A stretch of 64,000 nt of DNA from an uncultured Gammaproteobacteria bacterium (GCA_947259395.1 CAMYMN010000005.1:1494-65493); one strand, 5' to 3'; shown: positions 9,503 to 18,957, counted from the first letter of the stretch. Notes: generated from the letters alone by a model not told the origin. Translations and numbers: made by a program.

Positions 9503-10669
9503 TTAATCTGTTAATCGCTCCACGGCCTTAAAACGACCGTTCGGTTGGATGATTGTCAAGAAGACCTGATCCATCCCTTGATTGTCTTCCACGCTAAAGG
9601 TCAACGAGATCCCGTCGAGATCAAAATTCCCAGTTTTAGCGAACTGATCTAAAAACCCGCCGCGTTCCACGTTATCACCCATCGCCTCCAGTGCCAGTAT
9701 GGTCAAGCGGCCGACCATGTAACCTTCGAGTGAGACAAAACCGGGCTCGGCTTCCGGACTGTCGGCAAACAGGGCCTTGTGGTATCTGGCTACCAGCGGT
9801 TTATCGGTATCCTCCGGAAACGGCACGACTTGCGTGATGATAACTCCGTCTCCACTCTCACCCAGTTCTTTTGCGAGGGCCTTACTGCCGACAAAGGAAA
9901 CGTTCAGATACTTCGCTTGGATACCGGTCTTCTTTGCCAACTTGATGAACTCCGCACAGGGCTTATAGGCGCCGATCATGATTACGGCTTCGGGCTTACC
10001 CTTACGGATCGAAAGTACCGCTCTTTTCACGGCGATCGTATTGCGTTTGTAAGTACCTTCCGCCACCAGCGCCATGTTTCGCTTGTCGAGCGCGCGCTTG
10101 ACGCCGGTAAATCCAGCGCGTCCGTATGAATCATCTTGATACAGGATGGCAATGCGAGACACGCCCAAATCTTGAACTAGACGCTCGACCATTGCTTCTG
10201 TTTCTTGAAAGTATGAGGCCCGCATATTAATGACGGTCCGTTTATATGGGCTGCGAAGAAACTCGGCGCCGGTAAACGGTCCAATAAAGGGCACCCCCGC
10301 TTGGGAGGCGATCGGTTGGGCTGCTTTCGAGGTGGGAGTACCGACTTCTCCAATCAACGCAAACACCGCGTCTTGTTGAATTAAGCGTCTCGTATTGTCG
10401 ATGGCCTTATTCGGTTCATAACCATCGTCATAGCTAATGAGTTCCAGCTTGCGGCCATTTACGCCACCGGTTGCGTTCGCCTCCCTGAACGCGGCGACTA
10501 TCCCTTGACGCATACCCAAGCCAAGAGCCGCAGCGGGCCCTTCGAAGGCCGCGGATTGACCGAACAGGATTTTATCTTGATGGATACCCGGCTCAGCAAG
10601 GACGTTGGTAACCAAACATACGAGTATGCCGAACCCGGCGGCAACTGCATGAGTGTTGGACCGGCGCAT
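9503..10669 (-). CDS. Periplasmic binding protein, type 1 (LivK / branched-chain amino acid binding protein-like), no cognate ABC permease or ATPase nearby
   Basis: Signal peptide (AAGFGILVCLVTNVLA). The layout is typical of the Leu/Ile/Val-binding family (ILFGQSAAFEGPAAALG..., AVFALIGEVGTPT, ILYQDDSYGR). It lies 85 bp upstream of the cyclase on the same strand. Confidence 0.8.
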   Translation of the reverse strand: MRRSNTHAVAAGFGILVCLVTNVLAEPGIHQDKILFGQSAAFEGPAAALGLGMRQGIVAAFREANATGGVNGRKLELISYDDGYEPNKAIDNTRRLIQQDAVFALIGEVGTPTSKAAQPIASQAGVPFIGPFTGAEFLRSPYKRTVINMRASYFQETEAMVERLVQDLGVSRIAILYQDDSYGRAGFTGVKRALDKRNMALVAEGTYKRNTIAVKRAVLSIRKGKPEAVIMIGAYKPCAEFIKLAKKTGIQAKYLNVSFVGSKALAKELGESGDGVIITQVVPFPEDTDKPLVARYHKALFADSPEAEPGFVSLEGYMVGRLTILALEAMGDNVERGGFLDQFAKTGNFDLDGISLTFSVEDNQGMDQVFLTIIQPNGRFKAVERLTD

Positions 10670-10843
10670 ACTTCACCTCCAGTGACAACCGGACGGTTTA
10701 GAAAAGTAAGTACTAAAGCCTATCCTGTCTATATAGGATGAACGATTAATCTTGATCAAGATACTCGGGTTTTTTTGCGAAGTCACTAGGTTTATGAAGA
10801 TATCGGGAAATCCGAGAACCCGGAGATCGACGTCATGTAATCT

Positions 10844-11362
10844 CTATTTTTTTCCGGTTTTTTGGGCGTCGTTATCCGTCCTTTGGGCGAAATCCAATAG
10901 GGTCGGCGTGAGAAGATTGAGCATATCTATGGTGTGCATAGAAATGATGAAACCCCGGCTGCCGCCGTTGATATAAATCTTGGGCAACTCGGCGATGCTG
11001 GCCTGGCAATACACCGGCATCTTGCGTCGGGTTCCGAACGGCGATGTGCCGCCCACCTGGTAACCGGAGTGCTTGTCGGCAACCCTGGGATCACAGGGAT
11101 TTATGTGCTTGACACCCAGATGCCGCGCCAGGGCCTTGGTCGATACCTGCCGGTCACCATGCATCAAGACGATCAATGGATTGTGACTGTCATCTTCCAT
11201 GATCAACGTCTTGATGGTTAGATGCTCATCAACACCCATCTCGCGTGCAAACTGCTCGGTGCCACCTCCCTTTATATAAGTATACGGGTGGTCATCGAAC
11301 GCGATCTTGGCGCGGCGCAATACGCGCACCGCTTGCGTCACCGGTGTTTTGGGCTTGTTCAT
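10844..11362 (-). CDS. ybaK: Cys-tRNA(Pro)/Cys-tRNA(Cys) deacylase YbaK
   Basis: Typical YbaK sequence: TPVTQAVRVLRRAKIAFDDHPYTY ... TIKTLIMEDD ... LVLMHGDRQVSTKALARHLGVK ... ADKHSGYQVGGTSPFG. Confidence 0.85.
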   Translation of the reverse strand: MNKPKTPVTQAVRVLRRAKIAFDDHPYTYIKGGGTEQFAREMGVDEHLTIKTLIMEDDSHNPLIVLMHGDRQVSTKALARHLGVKHINPCDPRVADKHSGYQVGGTSPFGTRRKMPVYCQASIAELPKIYINGGSRGFIISMHTIDMLNLLTPTLLDFAQRTDNDAQKTGKK

Positions 11363-11451
11363 TGGCCCTGTCTTGGCTCAACCTAGCTATTGCCGGTAAT
11401 CGCCAACTATCCACGTGCCAATTTCATCACACGCCGACACTGGCGCGTGCC

Positions 11452-12384
11452 TCACAACGATTCGTAATAAGCGATCATCTTTTGGCGAGTCGCCGCATCC
11501 GGCAAGCGGCCAAATCCGGCACCCATGTTGTCGATCATGTGGCGTAACTTAGATGTCGCTGGGATGGCGCAGGTTGCCGCGGGATGGGAGACCGCGAATT
11601 TCAAAAAGAACTGGCCCCAGCTTGCGCAGTCAAAATCCGCAGCCCACGGCGGCAACGGTTTGCCCTTGACGCGGCGGAACAGGCCGCCACCCTGATACGG
11701 GCGATTGATCAACGTGGCGATACCGCGCTCGGCAGCCAGTGGCAGCAGGCGCTTCTCGACGTCGCGATTGGCAATACTGTAGGTAAACTGCACGAAGTCG
11801 AACAGTTCGTTCTGCAGTATCTGTTCGAGCTCGCCATGGTCGCGGCCGTGCGAGGTGGTGATGCCGATATACCGCACCCTGCGTTCCGCCTTCCATGCCT
11901 TCAGGGTCTCGAGATGGGTCTCCCAGTCAACCAGATTATGGATTTGCATAAGATCGAACACTTCGACACCCATGCGCCGCATCGAGCGTTGCATCTGCGC
12001 AATGCCCCGTTTCCTGCCCCGTGTCCATACCTTGGTCGCCGCAAACAACGCCTGCTTGTTACTCACTTTTTTCAATAAATCGCCAATGACTTGCTCGGAC
12101 GAACCGTACATGGGTGAGGAATCGATGACCGCGCCGCCATGGTCAAAAAACGCCTGCAACACCTCGAGCAGCGTGGCCCGCTCCGATGCACTATCCCCAA
12201 CGTCAAAGGTCTGCCACGACCCCATGCCGATCACCGGCAGCGGTTCTCCCGAGGACGGTATCTTTTTCTTGATTGGTGACTGCTTCATGGCAAACACGAA
12301 TTGCGGCTTCGACGCCAGGGTGGCCCCCAATCCAAGCATGGATTTGAGAAACGATCGTCGATGAAGATTGTGCTTGTCGCGCAT
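11452..12384 (-). CDS. Aldo/keto reductase with Tat signal peptide
   Basis: Twin-arginine leader (HRRSFLKSMLGLGATLA) followed by AKR-fold motifs (IGMGSWQTFD, IDSSPMYGSSEQVIG, YIGITTSH). Confidence 0.85.
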   Translation of the reverse strand: MRDKHNLHRRSFLKSMLGLGATLASKPQFVFAMKQSPIKKKIPSSGEPLPVIGMGSWQTFDVGDSASERATLLEVLQAFFDHGGAVIDSSPMYGSSEQVIGDLLKKVSNKQALFAATKVWTRGRKRGIAQMQRSMRRMGVEVFDLMQIHNLVDWETHLETLKAWKAERRVRYIGITTSHGRDHGELEQILQNELFDFVQFTYSIANRDVEKRLLPLAAERGIATLINRPYQGGGLFRRVKGKPLPPWAADFDCASWGQFFLKFAVSHPAATCAIPATSKLRHMIDNMGAGFGRLPDAATRQKMIAYYESL

Positions 12385-12507
12385 AAGCTACAAACTGACA
12401 GTGATGAGACGAAATTCTAACCTCGGTTGCCGCGTCGTCGACAGATACCGTCGCCACCAATCCAAGGACCCGGTAACCACCATGAGCTCAAACCTCACAG
12501 ACCGATC

Positions 12508-13377
12508 TCAGCCATCGTCGGATTGCGGCCCGTAGAACGCCCGGCATTCGGACTCGCGGCCACGTACCACGCGCCGCCCGATCAGCGCACCGCGGGTTTC
12601 GGTAACTATGGTATTTTGTCCCTCCTGGTGGTGATCGTCGTAAAAATATACCACCACCCAGTCGCGGGTGCGGTCCAACTCATGCGCCCGCGCGGTGTTG
12701 GAGAATAACACGGTAAAGTGCCACGCATCGCGCTGGGTGTGCAAGATCGGCAGCCAGGCCTCACCGCGTGGGTTGAAACGCTTGGGTGCGATGGTAGGCA
12801 GCTTACCCTGTGCCGACTTGTTGCGATACTCGCGATCGACGTCAAGCAGCATATCGACGCCCGGGCCATGAACCTCGGCACGTGTCCGCACCCTACGCAC
12901 GCGGCCGAGCATACTCTCCAGGTTAGCGCGGATGGCCACCGCACGCCGCAGTCCGACACCGGTGAGCGATTCGAGACGGCCGTCGTGGGCAGCCAACTCC
13001 AGGGCCTCGAGGGTGTCGACGTGTAATTCATCGTGTATCCGCTGTGCAAGACGCGGGCCGATCCCGGGTACAGTTTGTAGCAGCTTTTCCGGATCGAGCA
13101 CCCCACGCAGCCGTTCGAGTTGCACCCAACGTCCGGTGCGCAGGATCTCGTCGATGGCGGTGGCCAATCCGCGGCCGACATTGGGCAGTGCCAACAACCC
13201 TTCCATACCTTGGCGTTTGACGAGCGCAGCCAGGTCCTCGCCGCGCCCCGCGACGGTGTCCGCGGCGCGCCGGTAGGCGTTAACGCGGAAAGGATTGGCG
13301 CCTTGCTGTTGCAGAAGGTCGGCGGCCTCACGCAGCTTGCCGGCCACCTGTTGGTTGATCGTGAGGTCGGGGGGCAT
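12508..13377 (-). CDS. Helix-hairpin-helix DNA-binding protein resembling the N-terminal (8-kDa plus fingers) part of PolX, fused to an unknown C-terminal domain
   Basis: NQQVAGKLREAADLLQQQGANPFRVNAYRRAADTV and the HhH motifs LLALPNVGRGLATAIDEIL and LQTVPGIGPRLAQRIHDEL match the PolX lyase/fingers region. No DxD palm motif is seen in the last about 115 aa. Confidence 0.65.
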   Translation of the reverse strand: MPPDLTINQQVAGKLREAADLLQQQGANPFRVNAYRRAADTVAGRGEDLAALVKRQGMEGLLALPNVGRGLATAIDEILRTGRWVQLERLRGVLDPEKLLQTVPGIGPRLAQRIHDELHVDTLEALELAAHDGRLESLTGVGLRRAVAIRANLESMLGRVRRVRTRAEVHGPGVDMLLDVDREYRNKSAQGKLPTIAPKRFNPRGEAWLPILHTQRDAWHFTVLFSNTARAHELDRTRDWVVVYFYDDHHQEGQNTIVTETRGALIGRRVVRGRESECRAFYGPQSDDG

Positions 13378-13438
13378 GGGGCGGGAATCTACCTAACGAT
13401 ACGCGGCTTAGTGTTGATCAAACTAGATCAATTCCCAG

Positions 13439-14032
13439 TCACCCTAGTGTGCGCGCGACAAAGTCGAGGCGGTCTTGTCCCCAGAAAAGCTCGTCATCAA
13501 TGACATAGGTCGGCACACCGAACACGCCGCGCTGGATCGCCTGCTGGGTATCGCGTTCGTATTCCGCGGCAATATCCGCTTCGGTAGAAAAATCCGCTAA
13601 CCCCTTGCCATCCATTCCCACGTCGTTTGCCAGCGCTGTGATGGTGTTAACGTCGGCGATGTTGGCCTCCTCCGCCCACACAGCTCGCAACATTCTTTGT
13701 GCCAAGCTGAGCGCGTCCAGACCTTGCCGGCGTGCGGCGATGATCATTAACGACGCGGGGTTAGCGTCTACCGGGAAGTACTTGGGCTCGAGCACCAACG
13801 GGATATCGAGATAATCACGCCAGCGGCGCAGCTCAAGCAGACGATAGGCCTGACGCTCGGGGGCGCGCTGCTTGAGCGGCAATCCACCGGTTGCCGGAAA
13901 CACCTTGGTCAGGTCAATGGCAAGCACATTCACCGTCGCATTGGCATCGCGGGTGATGTTGGCGAAACGCTCGCTACCTAAATAACTATAAGGTGAGACG
14001 GGACTTAAGTAATAATCGACAACTCGGGCCAT
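13439..14032 (-). CDS. 2-hydroxychromene-2-carboxylate isomerase family (DsbA-like fold) protein
   Basis: VDYYLSPVSPYSYLG N-terminus (SPYS replaces CxxC) and a C-terminal GVFGVPTYVIDDELFWGQDRLDF, both typical of the HCCA isomerase/DsbA-like family. Confidence 0.8.
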   Translation of the reverse strand: MARVVDYYLSPVSPYSYLGSERFANITRDANATVNVLAIDLTKVFPATGGLPLKQRAPERQAYRLLELRRWRDYLDIPLVLEPKYFPVDANPASLMIIAARRQGLDALSLAQRMLRAVWAEEANIADVNTITALANDVGMDGKGLADFSTEADIAAEYERDTQQAIQRGVFGVPTYVIDDELFWGQDRLDFVARTLG

Positions 14033-14172
14033 GGTAAATGATCTCCACTATTGAAAAACGGTGCAAAAGATGAAAAAGGATCGGTGACGATTAATGGTAA
14101 AAGTCATTACAATCATTGCAGTACACTATGCTCATACCTTAACCGATACAGCGTGATTTGATTAAACAGATT

Positions 14173-15558
14173 ATGAAACGCATCGTGCGCAGATTAACGT
14201 TCGTCGCCGCGCTGTGTCTACTGGTGCTAATACCGTTGACGCCGGGAGTTGCCCAAGCCGAGAACGGCGCGGAGCAGAAGAATATGGCATTGGTGGGACA
14301 TCACAACCTCCATGGGCGCAGCGCGTATCAACCGGTCATCCAGGAGTACGCGGGACGTTGGATTGCCTACATCGGTCACCACCAGGGCACCGCCCGCAAC
14401 CCGCTCACCGGCAAGCGTGAATCCAATGGCACATCCATTGTGGATGTGTCCAACGCTTCGCACCCGGTTTATCTGCACCATATGCCGGGCGCGGGCGGCG
14501 CCCAGATGGCCCAAACCTGCCGCGGAAGGGATCTCCCCGTCAACGATGACAAGGTCTACCTGCTGCGCACGAACGGCGACGTATCCCATGAGGTGTGGGA
14601 CGTCACCAACCCGCGCGCGCCGAGTCTAATCAGCACGCCGCTGGCGGGAGGCAACGCCACACACAAGAATTGGTGGGATTGTAAGACCGGCATCGCCTAC
14701 CTGGTGTACGATGGCCGGCAACTGGGATGGAAGACGCGCCGTCTGTTGTGGGTCGTCGATCTCGCCGACCCCGCCCAACCCCAGATCATCCGCCAGTTTG
14801 GACTGCCCGGTCAGCAACCGTCGCAACAGTTTTCCGGTGTCCCGCCGGGCGCCCACGAAGCCACGCTGTCCCCCGATGGAAAGCGTCTTTTCATTGCCTA
14901 CGGCACCGGCCAACGGGGCATCATGCAGATTGTGGATGTGCGCAAACTGCTGAACTGCCGGCCCGCCTGCCCTGACAATCCCACCGGTAAGGAACTGCTC
15001 GACCCCCAGGTGGCACGGCTAGATATGCCGCGTTTTTGGGGCGCCCACACCGCGTGGCCGGTGATGGGGATGCCAGTGCCCGAACAGGCAAAATTCATCA
15101 ACGCCAGTCCGCGCGACTTCGTGGTGCTGGTGTCCGAGTCATTCGCAGCCGAGTGCCAAGAAGACGCACACGACATGGTGTTTCTGGTCGACATCAGCGA
15201 CGAAAGCCGGCCGTTCCCGGTGGCGAACTACCAGGTCCGCGAATCTCAAGGCGCGTTTTGCGATCGCGGTGGGCGTTTTGGCGCCCACTCAATCAACTGG
15301 TCTTACCATCCCGCGTTTTACAAGAAACTGATCGTTGTCTCGTACTTCAACGCTGGGGTGCGCGCCGTAGACATTCGCGATCCATTTCACCCCCAGGAAG
15401 CAGGCTTTTATATCCCGGCGAACAAAAACAACACTGTCGTACAAACCAACAATGTCGAAATCGATGGACGCGGATTGATCTACCTTGCCGATCGTGCCGG
15501 CGGCGGCCTGCATATTGTGAAACTCACCGGGACCGCGGCGCAGATCGTGCAACCCTGA
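14173..15558 (+). CDS. Secreted beta-propeller-like protein (LVIVD-repeat type suspected)
   Basis: ATG at 14173 gives MKRIVRRLTFVAALCLLVLIPLTPGVAQA (signal peptide). Recurring strand motifs (LWVVDLADP, IMQIVDVRKL, VFLVDISD, GLHIVKLTG) resemble LVIVD repeats. Confidence 0.6.
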   Translation: MKRIVRRLTFVAALCLLVLIPLTPGVAQAENGAEQKNMALVGHHNLHGRSAYQPVIQEYAGRWIAYIGHHQGTARNPLTGKRESNGTSIVDVSNASHPVYLHHMPGAGGAQMAQTCRGRDLPVNDDKVYLLRTNGDVSHEVWDVTNPRAPSLISTPLAGGNATHKNWWDCKTGIAYLVYDGRQLGWKTRRLLWVVDLADPAQPQIIRQFGLPGQQPSQQFSGVPPGAHEATLSPDGKRLFIAYGTGQRGIMQIVDVRKLLNCRPACPDNPTGKELLDPQVARLDMPRFWGAHTAWPVMGMPVPEQAKFINASPRDFVVLVSESFAAECQEDAHDMVFLVDISDESRPFPVANYQVRESQGAFCDRGGRFGAHSINWSYHPAFYKKLIVVSYFNAGVRAVDIRDPFHPQEAGFYIPANKNNTVVQTNNVEIDGRGLIYLADRAGGGLHIVKLTGTAAQIVQP

Positions 15559-15588
15559 CGACCTGAACCCGACGGTGATCGGCTCCCC

Positions 15589-16533
15589 TCAAAACGCCGC
15601 CTGTTCGGCCTCCAAAACGGCGAAGCTCACGTGCTTGCCGAAATCCTCCTCGAACAACGGCCAATTCCGGAACTTGTCCATGAGCGGCAAGAGCTTTGCT
15701 TTGATCTCATAGGGCGCGAGCCCCTCCTCGCTGTATTTCACGGCCGCGTCGTAGACCGTCTTCAGGTATTGGCGGAATGCGTCACCCGCCTCGGAACCCC
15801 CCGAGGGCCCGTGGCCAGGCACATAATGTTTTAGCTTGAGCGCCAGGGCACGATCCAGCGCCGCGATATTGCCTCTAAACGTACCGTCGTCCATACGCCC
15901 CATGCGTTGATACACACCGATGTCGCCGAGGAACATCAACGAATCCTCCACCACTTCGATCATCGCGTCGGTCTTGGTGTGTGCGTGTTCCGACAGGTAG
16001 ACCCGCAAGGTGAGCCCGCCGACGGCGATCTCCTGACCATCCTGAAACGGCTCGGTAGGGATCTCGGCCTGGGTGCCATCGGTAGCGCCATTGGTAAGCC
16101 GGCTCAAAAAATTTAGCCACACCTGGGCGCCACCCCCTTCGGCCTCTGCGATCATTTGCGGATGGGCATGGATCTTGACCTGCGGGTAGGCCTGTTTGAT
16201 GGCGTGGCTGCCCAGCCAGTGATCCCCATGGATGTGCGACACGAAGACGTGACTCACCGGTTTGTCAGTGATCTTGCGGATTTGCCGCAGCACCATTTCT
16301 CCAATGTATACACTGGACCCCGGGTCCACGATAACGACGCTTCGATCAGTAATCACAAACGCCGGATTATTCATGAAACCTCGATTTGTGGGATTAGGGA
16401 TTTCCCTCGGACCATGGATGACAAAGACGTGTTCGCTGACCTGCTGCACCGGATAATCCGGTACCTCCTGCTCGGCCGATGCCTCGCAAATTGAAGCAAA
16501 CAGAAATACAAAAACGCTAGCAGATACTCTCAT
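15589..16533 (-). CDS. MBL-fold metallo-hydrolase, secreted
   Basis: HIHGDHWLG (HxHxDH) zinc motif. The ATG at 16533 gives the signal peptide MRVSASVFVFLFASICEASA. The track start at 16554 is an upstream TTG. Confidence 0.85.
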   Translation of the reverse strand: MRVSASVFVFLFASICEASAEQEVPDYPVQQVSEHVFVIHGPREIPNPTNRGFMNNPAFVITDRSVVIVDPGSSVYIGEMVLRQIRKITDKPVSHVFVSHIHGDHWLGSHAIKQAYPQVKIHAHPQMIAEAEGGGAQVWLNFLSRLTNGATDGTQAEIPTEPFQDGQEIAVGGLTLRVYLSEHAHTKTDAMIEVVEDSLMFLGDIGVYQRMGRMDDGTFRGNIAALDRALALKLKHYVPGHGPSGGSEAGDAFRQYLKTVYDAAVKYSEEGLAPYEIKAKLLPLMDKFRNWPLFEEDFGKHVSFAVLEAEQAAF

Positions 16534-16849
16534 CTTTTTCCGTCTTATTGACAAAACACATCAATCAAATTCTTGAATCAAGATATACAAAGTCAGGGCT
16601 AAAGAATACTTCATTTAAACTCAAAAGAAACAGGGTCCTGTCCACAAAGAGTCAAATCAAAATGATTAACTGTTGGATCTACAGTGTCACAGTGACTTTG
16701 CCTGGGAAATAGTCCCCACTAACCGGTGACACACACCGCTATCTCGAACCCGAAATCAAGGGGCCGGAGTCAGTTGATCCGACCCCTGTGCTCTGTTTAC
16801 CCTTATCAATTCGTCGCCATCAACCGGGACGCCTCGGGTAAGCGGGATG

Positions 16850-17098
16850 CTAGTGTTTTACTCCAATCAATTCCAGCGCTTCGTGTAACACGTCGAGAGA
16901 TTGACTGTGTTTACCATCCTTATGTAGCTGCTCACCCTCATCCCGCAACTTCTTGACCTCGGCTAGCTGTTCAGCATCCAGATTCGCGCCCATTTTCAAC
17001 GCGGCATCGATCGCCTTGACGTCCCTGGGGCAGTGACCGGCAAAGGCCGGCGACGCGATCACCAGTAACATCGTCGCAGCACAAAGCTTTTTAAACAT
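16850..17098 (-). CDS. Small secreted protein (82 aa), unknown function
   Basis: Signal peptide MFKKLCAATMLLVIASPAFA. GGGAG lies 7 nt upstream of the ATG. The mature part is helical and charged. Confidence 0.55.
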   Translation of the reverse strand: MFKKLCAATMLLVIASPAFAGHCPRDVKAIDAALKMGANLDAEQLAEVKKLRDEGEQLHKDGKHSQSLDVLHEALELIGVKH

Positions 17099-17355
17099 AA
17101 CTCGACTCCCGATATTGTGAATATCATGTGAGGTCCCTCACCGAAGCGCATAAGTCACTGCGGCACAGACACCTGACCATGATTTGCTAGTGAGCAAGTT
17201 TAGAACCTGGCTGTGTCATATGGTTCCGGGGCCGACACCGCACAGAATCCACCCTCAGCCGTCCGGTGTACGCGTCTGCGTCTGTCGTCAGATACCACAC
17301 CATTCCCCCACACCATGCACACCTTTTACTGGCCCATGGACGCCACACGTTTTTC

Positions 17356-17456
17356 TAGGCTCACTAAGCCTATGAAAATAGGCGCCTTTTTTGCCAACCG
17401 GGTTGGCACGGGTTTTGAAATACTCAGGGTGACGGCGCTGATTCGTGCCGGTTGGT
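17356..17456 (+). promoter_or_regulatory. Structured 5' leader with an orphan intrinsic-terminator-like hairpin upstream of the CDP-alcohol phosphatidyltransferase gene
   Basis: GCCTAT-GAAA-ATAGGC (17368-17383) is followed by GCC and a T6 run (17387-17392). An upstream TAGGC (17356-17360) can pair alternatively with GCCTA. A further 8+4 bp stem joins 17394-17410 with 17444-17455. Confidence 0.45.
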
Positions 17457-17488
17457 AACTACGTTAACTGCTGCTAGGGAGGCTAGAC

Positions 17489-18148
17489 ATGATTTACACC
17501 ATTCCCAACGTCTTATCGCTTTCCAGGCTACTGATCTTTCTCCCGATTCTTTGGCTGCTGGCGATACACGGGGAACCCATTTGGCTCGGCGCAGTACTGG
17601 CGGGGGCCTTGTTCACCGACGTCCTCGATGGACAATTCGCGAGACGGCTGAATCAGGTGACGGCACTGGGCTCACGCTTAGATTCAATTGCCGACAACAC
17701 TCTGCTCGTGAGCGCTATTGTCTGGTTGTTAATGCTCAGGCCTGAGGTCAATCACGGCCGGCATGGCCTGGTCCTGGCATTCTCGGTCGCACTATGGGCG
17801 GCGTCGATTATCATCGGCTGGATTCGTTTTCACCGCTTCGCAAATCTTCATTTGTACTCGGACAAGACCGCCGCGGTGGTCGGAGGAGTATTTCTCGTCA
17901 CGTGTTTTATGTTCGGATTTCACCCGTGGCTGTTTTATCTGGCCGCCGGTGTCTCGGTACTGGCGAATATCGAAGGCATCGTGCTGTTGATTACACGGGA
18001 CGACGTGGATGAGCATATGGGTTCAATCTTTTGCCACTCCGGAAAAGCGCAGACATCCATGCCAGCTGCGTTACGGCCCTATAACGGAGGAACAAGCGAC
18101 ATGCATCTACGAGCCACTAAGGGCGCACCAATATCGTTAAACCGTTGA
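17489..18148 (+). CDS. CDP-alcohol phosphatidyltransferase family protein
   Basis: Canonical D(x2)DG(x2)AR(x8)G(x3)D(x3)D motif: DVLDGQFARRLNQVTALGSRLDSIADN. Multi-TM. GGGAGG RBS. Confidence 0.85.
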   Translation: MIYTIPNVLSLSRLLIFLPILWLLAIHGEPIWLGAVLAGALFTDVLDGQFARRLNQVTALGSRLDSIADNTLLVSAIVWLLMLRPEVNHGRHGLVLAFSVALWAASIIIGWIRFHRFANLHLYSDKTAAVVGGVFLVTCFMFGFHPWLFYLAAGVSVLANIEGIVLLITRDDVDEHMGSIFCHSGKAQTSMPAALRPYNGGTSDMHLRATKGAPISLNR

Positions 18149-18154
18149 CGGCGA

Positions 18155-18331
18155 TCAGCCATTCTTTTTTCTGTTATTTTGCTGTTGCCACTGCTTATAG
18201 CACTCTAGTCCGCAGAAGTGCACGACATAGTCGTCGCCTTCAAACGACTTTGCGACATCCTTCGGGATCTGCTTCATGCAGACCTCGCAGTCCACGTGCT
18301 CTGGCTCTTGGGGAACAATTTTCTCCGACAT
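18155..18331 (-). CDS. Small zinc-ribbon-like protein (DUF3330-like)
   Basis: ATG at 18331 with an AGGTGG RBS. The Cys pattern CEVC ... FCGLEC ([36 protein letters not shown]) matches my recollection of DUF3330 proteins. Confidence 0.55.
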   Translation of the reverse strand: MSEKIVPQEPEHVDCEVCMKQIPKDVAKSFEGDDYVVHFCGLECYKQWQQQNNRKKNG

Positions 18332-18389
18332 GCCTAACCACCTATAAACTAACGAGTGCAAAGTATTGTGTTCATTGATCTTCAAACGC

Positions 18390-18704
18390 CTACGCAGAGC
18401 CGGCTGAGTCATCGGTCTTAACATCGCCATTTACCGATGGCCAGCCTGAAAATGGAAACGGCTTGTCCTCTGAATTAAAGGTCACATATTGAAGAATCTG
18501 GTAGATAAACTTACTCAAGCCAGCACCGAAATTAAGTAGTTTTTGATTCCGGTCCCCGGAAATAAGTACAAAACCGAACTGCACTACGACCACCGCGACA
18601 ATGACGATCTCGGTAACGCTATAGATTAATGCAAATAAAATCACATAAAGCGCGCGAATCCAGGTTTCACGCCGCGATGGTTCTGATGTCAATTCCTCAA
18701 CCAT
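18390..18704 (-). CDS. Small membrane protein (DUF4389-like)
   Basis: Two hydrophobic helices ([34 protein letters not shown]). The size and pattern resemble DUF4389. Confidence 0.6.
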   Translation of the reverse strand: MVEELTSEPSRRETWIRALYVILFALIYSVTEIVIVAVVVVQFGFVLISGDRNQKLLNFGAGLSKFIYQILQYVTFNSEDKPFPFSGWPSVNGDVKTDDSAGSA

Positions 18705-18957
18705 GGGGCTGTTCTCCTATTGAACCTTTACCAAGTCAACCATACCGGATGAGCGTAAATCTGACTAGATCGCTTTTACGCGAGTTCGCCGAAACTTGCG
18801 TTGATACGGATCATGCGATGGAATGATTTAGAGCCCGCTGCACGGAATTCCAGCTAGCCAGACGTGAGATTGCATACAGAGCATCTACCACAATGGGCCC
18901 GCGTGGAACGGCGGCAGGCCTACCTTGAGCTGCGGTTTATTTTATCGCGTAACAATA

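Noticed and set aside
12606-13331. 241-aa alternative minus-strand frame inside the HhH protein gene
   Set aside because: It overlaps the frame that carries clear PolX/HhH motifs. Its Cys/Arg/Ser/Pro-rich composition is not protein-like.
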